From positions 640,001-704,000 of the forward strand of contig OY782041.1 in NCBI GenBank assembly GCA_963677595.1: DNA of 64,000 nt, written 5' to 3'. Numbering within the stretch: the first letter of the stretch is position 1; the number at the start of each line of letters is the position of its first letter. A program made the position numbers and the translations under genes. Under the pieces are notes generated by a model that worked only from the letters and a program-made list of their open reading frames with translations, made no database searches and was not told the origin of the DNA. Positions 39,694-49,204 of this stretch are shown here, piece after piece. Source of the stretch: Spirochaetia bacterium (GTDB lineage Bacteria; Spirochaetota; Spirochaetia; CAKZLE01).

Positions 39694-42132
39694 CTATTCT
39701 TTATCATCCGTCTCCGGGCTCTCAGGATTATCCTTCTCAAGCTCGGCGAGGAAATCGTCAGTATGCATCGACAGGACCGAATCCGGGTTGGATGTGACCT
39801 GCTTCTCGTTCTCCCCGATACGTTCGGGATTGACCAGCTTCCACTCTACCAGGTTCCCCTCGTTCCGTGCGAGCGTCTCTACTCCGGAGTGTTTCCGCCT
39901 GGAACTCTTCTTCCTCTTGGAGTAGCCTCCGTACCCGTATTTCTTCTTCTTTCTCCGGCGCTTTCCGGTCTTCTCGCCAACAGAGTTGTAGTAATAGTAG
40001 TACTGGTAGTAGTTATAGGAGTTCTCCCTGGTCATGTCATTCAGGACGATACCGAGGATCGGGATCTCAGAGTTCCTCACCGACTCCCCGGCAAGCCTGG
40101 TACCGTGCTTCGAGGTGATCCCCATACGGACGACCAGGATCATGCCGTCCGAGATCCTTGAGATGATCAGCCCGTCAGAAGCTGCGAGCAGCGGCGGCAG
40201 GTCGATGATGATCCGGTCGTACCAGCGGCCGAGTTCGGCGAGCATCTCCACGAACTTCTCTGAGGCGATCAGGGAGGTCGGGTTCGGCGGCAGGGGACCT
40301 ACCGGAAGCATATGGAGGTTCGGGAGGTTGGACAGGGGCTGAAGGATGAGGGACTTGAGCTCGACCTTCTGCAGCAGGTGGTTCACCACCCCGTCAGTGG
40401 ACCGGTCAAGGCCAAAGGCCTTCTCGATCCTCGGCTTCCTCATGTCAGCGTCGATGATGAGTGTGCGCAGACCGTTCTGGGCCATGGCGATGGCGGTGTT
40501 CGCGGTGATCAGCGTCTTTCCTGAAGCCATCTCGGAACTGCAGACCGCGATCACCTTCGGGGTCTTCACGCTGCTGTAGAGGACGTTCGTCGCTACCAGT
40601 TTGAAGGATTCCGCAGCCGGAGCTGTCGGGTCATTGTTCACGACGAGCTCATTGAGCGGGTCACCCGGGTCTGGATTCATATGCGGGATACGCCCGAGGA
40701 CAGGGATGTTGAACCCCAGCGCCCGGGTGATGGACTCCTCATCCTTGACCGAGTCGTCGAAGGCCTCGATGAGGAAGACGACCAGTACCCCGAGGAAGAG
40801 GCCGAGGAGGACACCGATCGCGAGCATCATCTGCTTGTTCGGCTTGATCGGCCTCGGGTTGGTGATCGCATGGTCGATGATCGTCGAGGTCCCTGATACG
40901 GCAGCCTCAGCGATCTTCGCCTCCTCGAAGTTCTGCAGGAGCAGCAGGTAGAGGTTCTCCTTGACCGTGACATCCCGCTTGAGGTCGAGCAGTTCCTGCT
41001 CGAGAGCAGGCAGGCTGGCCATCTTCTTCTCATAACCGGCCTTCAGCTGGTTGAGGTAGGTGATGTTTATATCGGCCAGGATCTCCTGGGTATAGGCTTC
41101 AGCGATCTGCACATAGTAGCTGCGCAGCACGATGGAGTTCTCGGATGTCTGGGTGAAGAGCACCTTGTCGGTGATCAGGGCCTTGATCTCATTCTCGAGC
41201 TTCACGGCCCGGGTGTTCAACTCATTAGAACGGGTGGTCGAGGTACTCTGCAGGGCATCCTTGTAGCCGAAGAGCTCGAGCTTGGCCGTGGTGAGGGCTG
41301 CGATCTTGCCGCTGATATCAGGGTCCTTCTTGAGCTCATCGAGCGTCGCTACCGTCCCGCCCTGTTCCCGGATGGTATCGGAGAAGACCTTCTGCTTGTT
41401 GCGGACCTCCTCCTTCTGCAGGAGGTAGGGATCGATCTGCTGGTCGTAGGTCGTGATGCTCTCGAGGAGCACCCTTGCCTCCTCGTCAAGGAGGAAGACG
41501 TCGTTCTCCTCCTTGAACTGCCTGAGCTTGTCTTCAGCCTCGATCACGTTCGATGAGGCTGGGACGATCTGGTTCTCGATGAACTCCCGCCTGATGGAGA
41601 AGTCGTTCTGGGCAAGGTCCTTGAGCAGGTTGTTGTAGACGACCGCAAGGGTGTTCGCTATATCACGGGCGAGCAGGTAGTCATCGTGCTCAACCGATAT
41701 CTTCACGATATTCGTGTCCTTGACCGTAGCCACCGATATCGCATTGCTCAGGCTGTTGACCAGTGAGTCGACAGTCAGCGGCGTGGTGTAATTATACTTC
41801 CTGGTATAGGTGTCGATGAGGTCAAGTTCCTCGATGATCTTCTCGAGGTTCCGCCGGGACTTGATTATCTCTACCTCGGTCGCGATCTTGGTGGAGGATC
41901 CTCCAGCCTGGATGGCGAACAGGTCCTCGAAGGAGCTCCCGCTCTGAGAGGGTTCGATCCACAGGGTAGCACTGGACTGGTAGATAGGGGTAGCTTGATA
42001 CAGGTAGGCTACGACCCCGCTCACGACAAGGATAAAGGTCAGAATCAACCACCACTTTCGGTTTATGATGATCCGCAGGATCTCCTTCAGTGAGATCTCA
42101 TTCTGGTCATCCTGGATTATTTGCTGTTCCAA
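39694..42132 (-). CDS. wzc: Wzc-like bacterial tyrosine autokinase / polysaccharide co-polymerase
   Basis: Wzz N-terminus, PIKP before TM2, ASGKT, IDADMRKP, IDLPP, C-terminal YNYYQYYYYY cluster. Confidence 0.88.
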   Translation of the reverse strand: MEQQIIQDDQNEISLKEILRIIINRKWWLILTFILVVSGVVAYLYQATPIYQSSATLWIEPSQSGSSFEDLFAIQAGGSSTKIATEVEIIKSRRNLEKIIEELDLIDTYTRKYNYTTPLTVDSLVNSLSNAISVATVKDTNIVKISVEHDDYLLARDIANTLAVVYNNLLKDLAQNDFSIRREFIENQIVPASSNVIEAEDKLRQFKEENDVFLLDEEARVLLESITTYDQQIDPYLLQKEEVRNKQKVFSDTIREQGGTVATLDELKKDPDISGKIAALTTAKLELFGYKDALQSTSTTRSNELNTRAVKLENEIKALITDKVLFTQTSENSIVLRSYYVQIAEAYTQEILADINITYLNQLKAGYEKKMASLPALEQELLDLKRDVTVKENLYLLLLQNFEEAKIAEAAVSGTSTIIDHAITNPRPIKPNKQMMLAIGVLLGLFLGVLVVFLIEAFDDSVKDEESITRALGFNIPVLGRIPHMNPDPGDPLNELVVNNDPTAPAAESFKLVATNVLYSSVKTPKVIAVCSSEMASGKTLITANTAIAMAQNGLRTLIIDADMRKPRIEKAFGLDRSTDGVVNHLLQKVELKSLILQPLSNLPNLHMLPVGPLPPNPTSLIASEKFVEMLAELGRWYDRIIIDLPPLLAASDGLIISRISDGMILVVRMGITSKHGTRLAGESVRNSEIPILGIVLNDMTRENSYNYYQYYYYYNSVGEKTGKRRRKKKKYGYGGYSKRKKSSRRKHSGVETLARNEGNLVEWKLVNPERIGENEKQVTSNPDSVLSMHTDDFLAELEKDNPESPETDDKE

Positions 42133-42224
42133 AGGCTTCTCCGTTCATGTGTACACACGTCATTCAGGCAGAACCTGTCAGGCTATTCTAGCCTGTTTAC
42201 GTAAGATAGGAAAGAGGATAGCGG

Positions 42225-43271
42225 CTATTCCGCCTCAGTTGGCCTGATCAGTACCCCCTGATCAGTCACCACTACCACCACATCCCTCATACCCTTGATA
42301 ACAACGGGTTCCTCAGTGTAGTTACATACCATGGCCCCGGAGCAGTCCTGTAATTCTACCGGTGAACCAGAAAACCAGTGGTTCCCCTCCCCATCGGCCT
42401 CCATATAGGGTGTGAGCGATTCCCAGTTGCCGAGATCGTTCCATGCGAGCTCACGGGGAGCCGGGATCAGGAGGATCGATTCGGCGATACGCTCCATGAG
42501 GGCATAATCGATCGATTTATTGAGCCCGGCCTGCTTGATCCGGGTATAGGCTTCAGTCTGGGTCATGGGACTGCCGGGGTCGGCAGCCTCCAGCAGGGGG
42601 GCAAGGATCTCCGGGCATGCTGATCGGGCAGCATCGACGAACACGGATGCCTTGGCAGCGAAGATCCCCGCGTTCCAGTAATACCCGCCCTCAGCCAGGT
42701 AGGATACGGCGGTCTCCCTGTCCGGTTTCTCCACGAAGCGGTCGACCTCGAACAGGCCGTCCTTTCCTGAAGAACCATCTCGCACCTTGATGTAGCCGTA
42801 GTTGGTCTCCGGTTTCGTCGGGCTGATCCCGATGGTCACCACCCGGTCAGTCTGTGCGGCGGAATCGGCAGCCTGTGTGATCAGTCTCCCGAAGAGGGCA
42901 GAGTCCATCTCATGGTCAGCAGGGATGAAGCAGAGCACCTGGTCCTCAGGATGTTCGAGCCCCTCGGTGAAGTAGGACATCGCTGCGGTATAGAGGATCG
43001 CCGCTGCCGTATTGCAGCCGAAGGGCTCATCAAGTACCGTGATCTCCCGTCCCAGCTGTTCCGCCTGGGCCCCGACGGCCTCCACATACCGGGCTTCCGG
43101 TATGACCATAAGGCGAAAGGATTCCGGTATTCTCCGGATCGTCTTCTGCAGCAGGGTCTCTCCCTTGATCACGGAGAGGAACTGTTTCGGCAGTCTACCC
43201 CCATCTGTCCTGGAGAGGGGAAAGAGTCTCGTCCCGCCTCCGCCGGCCATAATGCATACGGTATGTCTCAT
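42225..43271 (-). CDS. manC: Mannose-1-phosphate guanylyltransferase (no C-terminal isomerase domain)
   Basis: MAGGGGTRLFPLSR, PKQFL, PADH, FVEKP, WNAGIF, SIDYA, WNDLG motifs. Confidence 0.88.
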   Translation of the reverse strand: MRHTVCIMAGGGGTRLFPLSRTDGGRLPKQFLSVIKGETLLQKTIRRIPESFRLMVIPEARYVEAVGAQAEQLGREITVLDEPFGCNTAAAILYTAAMSYFTEGLEHPEDQVLCFIPADHEMDSALFGRLITQAADSAAQTDRVVTIGISPTKPETNYGYIKVRDGSSGKDGLFEVDRFVEKPDRETAVSYLAEGGYYWNAGIFAAKASVFVDAARSACPEILAPLLEAADPGSPMTQTEAYTRIKQAGLNKSIDYALMERIAESILLIPAPRELAWNDLGNWESLTPYMEADGEGNHWFSGSPVELQDCSGAMVCNYTEEPVVIKGMRDVVVVVTDQGVLIRPTEAE

Positions 43272-43307
43272 AGATTACACTCTACGATAACATTAGAATT
43301 ACGTCAA

Positions 43308-44099
43308 TCAGCATGAGGAGAAGAAACCGGCCATCCGGTCCATCGCACGCTCCCTCGAAGCGGTATCGGGGTCATAGGGGACCAGGTGTGAGGCATCGGG
43401 CAAATGGAGGATTTCGACCCTGCCCGGAATCCGCTTCTTGAGGTATGGCCCGACGGCTTCGGGGACAGTAGGGTCCTTCCCGCCGGTCATGACAAGCAGG
43501 TCAGCGGTGACCCGCGAAAGTCCACGGTTCGCCTTCACCTGCAGCCGGCGCATCTCGTTGAGTTTCCGGAAGTTGAGCCAGCCCCAGTACTCATGGCCGA
43601 GGAACTCATCATCACCGGGGTCCCGGTCGTCGAAGAAGGTGACGGAGGGGTCAGACTTCCAGGGGATCACCATACGGTGGCGAAACAGGCTCACGAGACC
43701 TATCAGGGGAAAACTCCTCTGGGAGAGCTGAACAGCAGGTGCCATCAGCACCATCTTCCCGACCTCGAACTCCTCCGCGAGCAGCAGTGCCAGGAGCCCG
43801 CCCATCGAGTGCCCCAGGAGATGGACCGTCGGGTAGACCGCGGCAAGATCCAGGTAGGCTTCCCGTGCGGCGGTATACCAGTCCCGGCCGGTCGACCGGT
43901 CGAAATCCTCCTGGCAGGTCCCGTGCCCCGGGAGCCGCGGGACCACCACGGAGAAGCCCTGGTCAACCAGCCGTCCTGCCGGCAGGGCAAGTTCCCCGGG
44001 ATACCCGCCGAACCCGTGCAGCCCGAGGACAGCGGCTTTCGCATCGGGGAGGTGGCGGCCCATCGGCATGGCGCATCTCCGTACCGGTATACTCCTCAT
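43308..44099 (-). CDS. Carboxylesterase (Est30/YvaK-like alpha/beta hydrolase)
   Basis: LHGFGG, PRLPGHGT, GHSMGG, DPTV, SH motifs. Confidence 0.87.
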   Translation of the reverse strand: MRSIPVRRCAMPMGRHLPDAKAAVLGLHGFGGYPGELALPAGRLVDQGFSVVVPRLPGHGTCQEDFDRSTGRDWYTAAREAYLDLAAVYPTVHLLGHSMGGLLALLLAEEFEVGKMVLMAPAVQLSQRSFPLIGLVSLFRHRMVIPWKSDPSVTFFDDRDPGDDEFLGHEYWGWLNFRKLNEMRRLQVKANRGLSRVTADLLVMTGGKDPTVPEAVGPYLKKRIPGRVEILHLPDASHLVPYDPDTASRERAMDRMAGFFSSC

Positions 44100-44106
44100 A
44101 GCCGCC

Positions 44107-44985
44107 TCAGCACATCAACTCATTGAGCAGGTCGATCCTGCTGCTGACGTGAGTCTTATGGTAGATGTTCGATATATGGTTGTTCACCGTGCTCGTGGAG
44201 ATCTTCAGCTCGCCGGCGATCTCCTTACTGATCAGCCCCTGCTGGATCAGCAGGATGATCTCCCGTTCCCGATCGGTGATGTGGTACTCCTCGATCTTCT
44301 TCTCATCGATCGAGTTCCCTGCCGATTCCGGGATAGTCCGTACATAGTTGAAGAGGTAGACCAGGATGATCAGGGAGGACCAGAAATAGTAGATCGGTAT
44401 GGTGGAGAGCCGCTCGAAGCTGAGGAAGAGGTCGACCACCAGGAAGGGGATCATGAAGGCTGACAGGATGATGAAGGCCCTGCAGATCAGGCGGACATCC
44501 CGGCTCCTGATCGCCCGGAGGTTCTTGATTATGACCCCGAGACAGAAGATGAAGTCCCCGAAGAAGATGAGCCCCATGAGGGACCGCACCAGGAGGCTGA
44601 ACGAGTAGATGCTGCCCAGTACGGCCAGGGCCAGGAAGCCGACCCCCAGCACGGCGAATACGGTCCTGTAGGGGTCACGCCAGGGATGGGCGATGACCCA
44701 GGTAGTGAAATAAGGGATGAAGTAGACCAGGAAGGCTACAGAGAGGTAGAGCAGCCATAACGTGACCAGGTTGAAGAGCGGCGAGAGCCCGCCGTTCAAT
44801 TCCCCGGTGAAGCCCCGCAGCCCGAAGACCAGGAGCAGGAAGGTGATCATCAGCTGGAAGACGAGGTAGTACTTCGTCCAGTCATAATCCTTGCGCAGGT
44901 GGAAGAGGATCGCGAGACAGAGGTTCATCGACCCGACCGAGAACGCCGCGACATACAGGATGATATTGACTGTGAACCAACTCAT
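44107..44985 (-). CDS. Membrane-anchored LuxR-family transcriptional regulator
   Basis: About 7 hydrophobic segments then ITDREREI...KEIAGELKISTSTVNNHISNIYHK HTH. Confidence 0.85.
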   Translation of the reverse strand: MSWFTVNIILYVAAFSVGSMNLCLAILFHLRKDYDWTKYYLVFQLMITFLLLVFGLRGFTGELNGGLSPLFNLVTLWLLYLSVAFLVYFIPYFTTWVIAHPWRDPYRTVFAVLGVGFLALAVLGSIYSFSLLVRSLMGLIFFGDFIFCLGVIIKNLRAIRSRDVRLICRAFIILSAFMIPFLVVDLFLSFERLSTIPIYYFWSSLIILVYLFNYVRTIPESAGNSIDEKKIEEYHITDREREIILLIQQGLISKEIAGELKISTSTVNNHISNIYHKTHVSSRIDLLNELMC

Positions 44986-45126
44986 GTATGGAGTATAGAC
45001 ACCTCCTTCGGTCCGGGTCAAGGGGTTCATGAACATACAGCAGTGTGTACGAACAGACCGGCAATCTTCGGAGCTTTCCTTCTGATCCTCATGTGATCGT
45101 GGTATAGTATGCACAGGAGGAAACGC

Positions 45127-45345
45127 ATGGAAGACAACCTGGCAATCGATGACGATCTCCTAGCCCTGGCCTGGCAGCTTGCCGGTCTCAAGACGAAAGA
45201 GGAGACGGTCAATCAGGCACTGAAGGAATTTGTGCAGCACAGACAGCAAAAAGCGTTGATAGACCTGTTCGGGACAATTGAGTATGACCAGGATTATGAT
45301 CATGCACACCTGAGAAACAGGAGAGCTGACAGACAACATCAGTGA
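45127..45345 (+). CDS. VapB-type antitoxin (DUF2191-like), orphan
   Basis: NLAIDDDLL..A..L.GLKTKEETVNQALKEFV...LFGTIEYD pattern; AGGAGG RBS. Confidence 0.75.
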   Translation: MEDNLAIDDDLLALAWQLAGLKTKEETVNQALKEFVQHRQQKALIDLFGTIEYDQDYDHAHLRNRRADRQHQ

Positions 45346-45391
45346 ACCTGAAAGAATTGCTTTAGCCGCCAGTCAGTGGTACGCTTAAGGG

Positions 45392-45865
45392 ATGAAGAAA
45401 CGAACGGTACTACGGATCACGGCAGTCTCGCTTGTACTGATCAGCGAACTGCTCTTCACCCTCCTCTTCTCAGGCAGGTATGAAGCCGCCACAGGGGGCA
45501 AGTCATTCCTTGACATGGCACCGATCTTCAGTAGTAAAGCCCTGCAGGAGTATGTCCGTTCATTATCTGCAGAGGCGGTGCGGATCTATACCTCTATGCA
45601 GGTCCTCGACCTCATCTTCCCGCTGATCTATACGTTTACGCTGATCCTCTTCATCCCCGGGAGACCGGGATCCCGCTGGCTATACATCCCAGCGATCGCC
45701 GGGATGGCCTTCGACTACTGCGAGAACCTGGTCATCTACCGCCTGCTCCACTTCGGCACGGCAGGCATCATCACGCCGCTGCTCCCCTGGGTGACAGTAC
45801 TCAAGTTCTCATGCATCGGGATCACGCTCCTGGCTGTGATCCTTCACAGGATCCCAAGGCGGTGA
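45392..45865 (+). CDS. Hypothetical membrane protein
   Basis: 4 TM segments, D.IFPLIY and FDYCEN motifs. Confidence 0.7.
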   Translation: MKKRTVLRITAVSLVLISELLFTLLFSGRYEAATGGKSFLDMAPIFSSKALQEYVRSLSAEAVRIYTSMQVLDLIFPLIYTFTLILFIPGRPGSRWLYIPAIAGMAFDYCENLVIYRLLHFGTAGIITPLLPWVTVLKFSCIGITLLAVILHRIPRR

Positions 45866-46692
45866 TTCTTTATATAGGAATACTCAATCTCCTTGAAGGC
45901 AGCATGGAGCCGTTCAGTGTTGGGGAAGGACGACCCTAAGACGGTGTCGTCGATCATGGAGACTGGCATGGCACCCATGCTCGTGCTCGAGATGAAGAAC
46001 TCATCGAAGAACCCTTCCGTCAGCTCCTGAAGGCTCGTCTCGGTGAAGGCTATGGCCATACCCAGCCCTTCAGCTGCTTCGAGGATGTGCTTCCGGGTGA
46101 CACCGGCGAGTACCCCCGACCCGGGAGTATAGAGGGTATCATCCCTTATCCCGAAGACATTGCTGCGGGTCCCCTCTATCGCCATGCCGTACCTGTCCAC
46201 GAGGACAGCCTCGAAAGCCCCCCGGGAGTTCGCCTCCCGCAGGGCGAGGTAGTTCAGCAGCAGGCAGTTCGACTTCACTTCCGGCTCGATCCGCTCCCCG
46301 TGGTAGGAGATGACCCTCACCCCTTCAGCGTACTGGTCGTCTGTATAGGTCGGCAGCTGCTGGGAGAAGACGAAGAGGTAGGGATGGTCCCCGCCCACGA
46401 GCTGGATCCTGAGCGATGCCTCTTCCAGGCCGTCGGTGAAGATGAGCCGGTAGACCGCATCGGTCAGGAGTGCCCCGTCGAAGTGGTGTGGCATCCCCAG
46501 TTCCACGGCAGAGGTGAAGAGCCTGTCGATATGGTCCTGGAGGAAGAGCGGTATCCCCTCGGAGACCTTGATCGATTCATAGACACTGAAATTGAAGAAG
46601 ACCTCCCGGATCGAGAGCGGCAGGACCGCTTCTGATTCCGGTATCAGCTCATACCCCTTCAGGGCATGCCTGTTCTGATCGGTACTGTTCAT
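45844..46692 (-). CDS. Class IV PLP aminotransferase (IlvE/PabC/Dat family)
   Basis: VYES, H..RL, EVKS catalytic Lys, EGTRSN, LAGVTR motifs. Confidence 0.87.
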   Translation of the reverse strand: MNSTDQNRHALKGYELIPESEAVLPLSIREVFFNFSVYESIKVSEGIPLFLQDHIDRLFTSAVELGMPHHFDGALLTDAVYRLIFTDGLEEASLRIQLVGGDHPYLFVFSQQLPTYTDDQYAEGVRVISYHGERIEPEVKSNCLLLNYLALREANSRGAFEAVLVDRYGMAIEGTRSNVFGIRDDTLYTPGSGVLAGVTRKHILEAAEGLGMAIAFTETSLQELTEGFFDEFFISSTSMGAMPVSMIDDTVLGSSFPNTERLHAAFKEIEYSYIKNHRLGIL

Positions 46693-46708
46693 ATGCCGCT
46701 TGAACCTC

Positions 46709-49204
46709 TTAATGCTCGGTATCTGTCATTCTCAGGATCTCCCGAGGCTGACTGCCCCGGGCGGGACCGACGATGCCGCGCTCCTCCATCTCCTCGATCA
46801 GGCGGGCCGCACGGTTGTAGCCGATCTTCAGCCGTCTCTGGAGATAGGATGCAGAAGCGCTGTTTCGGCTGTAGACGATCTTCAGGGCTTCGTCCATGAG
46901 CGGGTCCCCGGTACTCTCCTCGAGCTCGACATCCTCATCCTCGAAATTCTCATCATCCCAGAAGAGCTCCTCCTCGAGGTAATCAGGCTCCCCGTTGAGC
47001 TTCACCTGCTCGACAATGCGCTCGACCTCCTCCTCGGAGAGGAACGAACCCTGGATTCGCGAGAGGGAGGGGTCCCAGGATGAGGAGAAGAGCATATCGC
47101 CGCGGCCGAGCAGCTTCTCTGCCCCGGCCTGGTCGAGGATGATCCTTGAATCGGTGTTGCTGGTGACCATGAAGGCGATCCTGGACGGGATGTTCGCCTT
47201 GATGATCCCCGTGATGACATTGGTGGAAGGCCGCTGGGTCGCGAGGACCAAGTGGATCCCGACAGCACGCGCCATCGCGGCGAGCCGTGCAAGATAGGTC
47301 TCCATCTCCTTGCCCGCAGTCGTCATGAGGTCTGCGAACTCATCGATCACCAGGACGATGTAGGGCAGCTTCTCCTTCGCGTACTCCTTCTCACGAATCC
47401 GCTTGTTGTACGTCTTGATGTCACGTACGTTGAGGTGGTCAAGCAGTTCATACCGCCTCTCCATCTCATAGATGCAGTACTGCAGGGCCTTGATCGCCTT
47501 CTTCGATTCGGTGATCACCGGCGTCAGCAGGTGCGGGATGTCGTTATAGAGCTTGAGCTCGACGATCTTGGGATCGACCATCATCAGCCTGACATCCTTG
47601 GGGGACCGCCGGTAGAGGATCGAGCAGATCAGGGAGTTCACGCAGACCGACTTACCTGACCCGGTAGCCCCGGCGATCAGGAGGTGTGGAGTCTTCACCA
47701 GGTCGATGACCTGGGACTCCCCCGTTATATCTTTGCCGAGGACGATCGGTATCTCATAATCGGCATGCTCATCCACTGCGGTGAGCATCTCCTTGAAGGA
47801 GACGATCGACCGCTTCTTGTTCGGCACCTCGATCCCTACCGCCTGTTTCCCGGGGATCGGCGCTACGATACGCACCCGGGAAGCGGCAAGCTGCAGGGCG
47901 ATGTTGTCTGCGAGACCGGTGATAGCCTGTACCCGGATCCCGGGAGCAGGGAGGATCTCATACATCGTCACTACCGGCCCCTTCTGGATGCCGGTGAGCT
48001 CCGCATCGATCTTGAACTCCTTCAGGGTCTTCATGAGGACCTCCCCGGAGACCCTCGTGAGCCTGTCGATATCACTCGAGATGTCGGGGTAGGTGTCGAG
48101 CACGTCCTCAGGGGGGAAGACGTAGCCAAGGGCACGGAGGCCGGTGGCGAGTCTCGCCTCATCAGGCACGTTCGCCGACTCCGTGATCGAGCTCTGGATC
48201 TTCGTCAGCCTTCCCGCTATATCAGGGCGCTTCCGGTTCTCGAACTCAGGGTTCTCCGGCGGGATCTTGTGTACCACATGCTCCCCTATGGTGATCCTCT
48301 CGGGCTCCTCGGCTGTAGGTTCGGCTGGTTCCTCAGCCGGTTTCTCGAGCCTGATCGCATGGAGCCTTCCCTTCATGGGAATATCGTCCCGGGAAGGCTT
48401 GACTGGCTCCGCAGCCGCAGGCTGCTCTTCCCCGGAGGGGTCGACCTCATCGATCGTCTGCTCAGGCTCCTCTTCAGGCTCTTCCGGTAGGTCGAACATG
48501 GTGGTCTGCACCTTCTGCAGTACGGGGAGGTCAGGGAGGTCGGGGAAGGTGAGCCGCAGGTCCGAGGGGTCAGCCTCCCTCTCATCCGGGACAGCCAGCT
48601 TCAACTCCTGCCGTTTCCGCTGCTTCTCCTCCTCGATATCATCGAGGAGCTGCCGTGGCTGACTGCCGAGCGAAGTGTTGTCTGAATCATCGTTCCCATT
48701 GAGCGCGTAGTTCTTGCCGCGCCTCTTCGAAGCCTTCCCGAACAGAGTCATCGACCAGAGCAGGAAGAGGATAAGTTCCAGGACCAGGACCACGAGGAGG
48801 ATCTTGGAGCCAGACTTCACCCCGATCATCCGTTCTATCCACTGGGCAAGGGCAGTCTCCGTGGGGCCTGTCTGCAGGTGGAGGAAACCGACGATCGTCG
48901 CATAAGGGATCGCGGTGAAGGGGAAGATCGCCTGGTAGGGGTGATGCTCGTCAATATAGAGGGCGAAGAACCCGCAGAACACGAGATACGCCGGGAATGC
49001 CCAGACCGTCTGCAGGAACAGGGACCTGAGCAGGGTATCTGCCTCCAGGACGAAGCCCGGGAGCGGCAGGGAGACCATGGGACTGCTGAGGATCAGGACC
49101 GCCAGGGTGCCGATCCCAAGAATAAAGAATAGTGTCGCTGCACTTATGCGGAAGCCTCGTCCTTTCACGTATTCCCCCTCCACCGGTTCGTTAGGTCTCC
49201 CCAT
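46709..49204 (-). CDS. ftsK: DNA translocase FtsK
   Basis: PHLLIAGATGSGKS, ATQRPS, GAEKLLGRGDML, LQRRLKIGYNRAA gamma domain. Confidence 0.95.
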   Translation of the reverse strand: MGRPNEPVEGEYVKGRGFRISAATLFFILGIGTLAVLILSSPMVSLPLPGFVLEADTLLRSLFLQTVWAFPAYLVFCGFFALYIDEHHPYQAIFPFTAIPYATIVGFLHLQTGPTETALAQWIERMIGVKSGSKILLVVLVLELILFLLWSMTLFGKASKRRGKNYALNGNDDSDNTSLGSQPRQLLDDIEEEKQRKRQELKLAVPDEREADPSDLRLTFPDLPDLPVLQKVQTTMFDLPEEPEEEPEQTIDEVDPSGEEQPAAAEPVKPSRDDIPMKGRLHAIRLEKPAEEPAEPTAEEPERITIGEHVVHKIPPENPEFENRKRPDIAGRLTKIQSSITESANVPDEARLATGLRALGYVFPPEDVLDTYPDISSDIDRLTRVSGEVLMKTLKEFKIDAELTGIQKGPVVTMYEILPAPGIRVQAITGLADNIALQLAASRVRIVAPIPGKQAVGIEVPNKKRSIVSFKEMLTAVDEHADYEIPIVLGKDITGESQVIDLVKTPHLLIAGATGSGKSVCVNSLICSILYRRSPKDVRLMMVDPKIVELKLYNDIPHLLTPVITESKKAIKALQYCIYEMERRYELLDHLNVRDIKTYNKRIREKEYAKEKLPYIVLVIDEFADLMTTAGKEMETYLARLAAMARAVGIHLVLATQRPSTNVITGIIKANIPSRIAFMVTSNTDSRIILDQAGAEKLLGRGDMLFSSSWDPSLSRIQGSFLSEEEVERIVEQVKLNGEPDYLEEELFWDDENFEDEDVELEESTGDPLMDEALKIVYSRNSASASYLQRRLKIGYNRAARLIEEMEERGIVGPARGSQPREILRMTDTEH

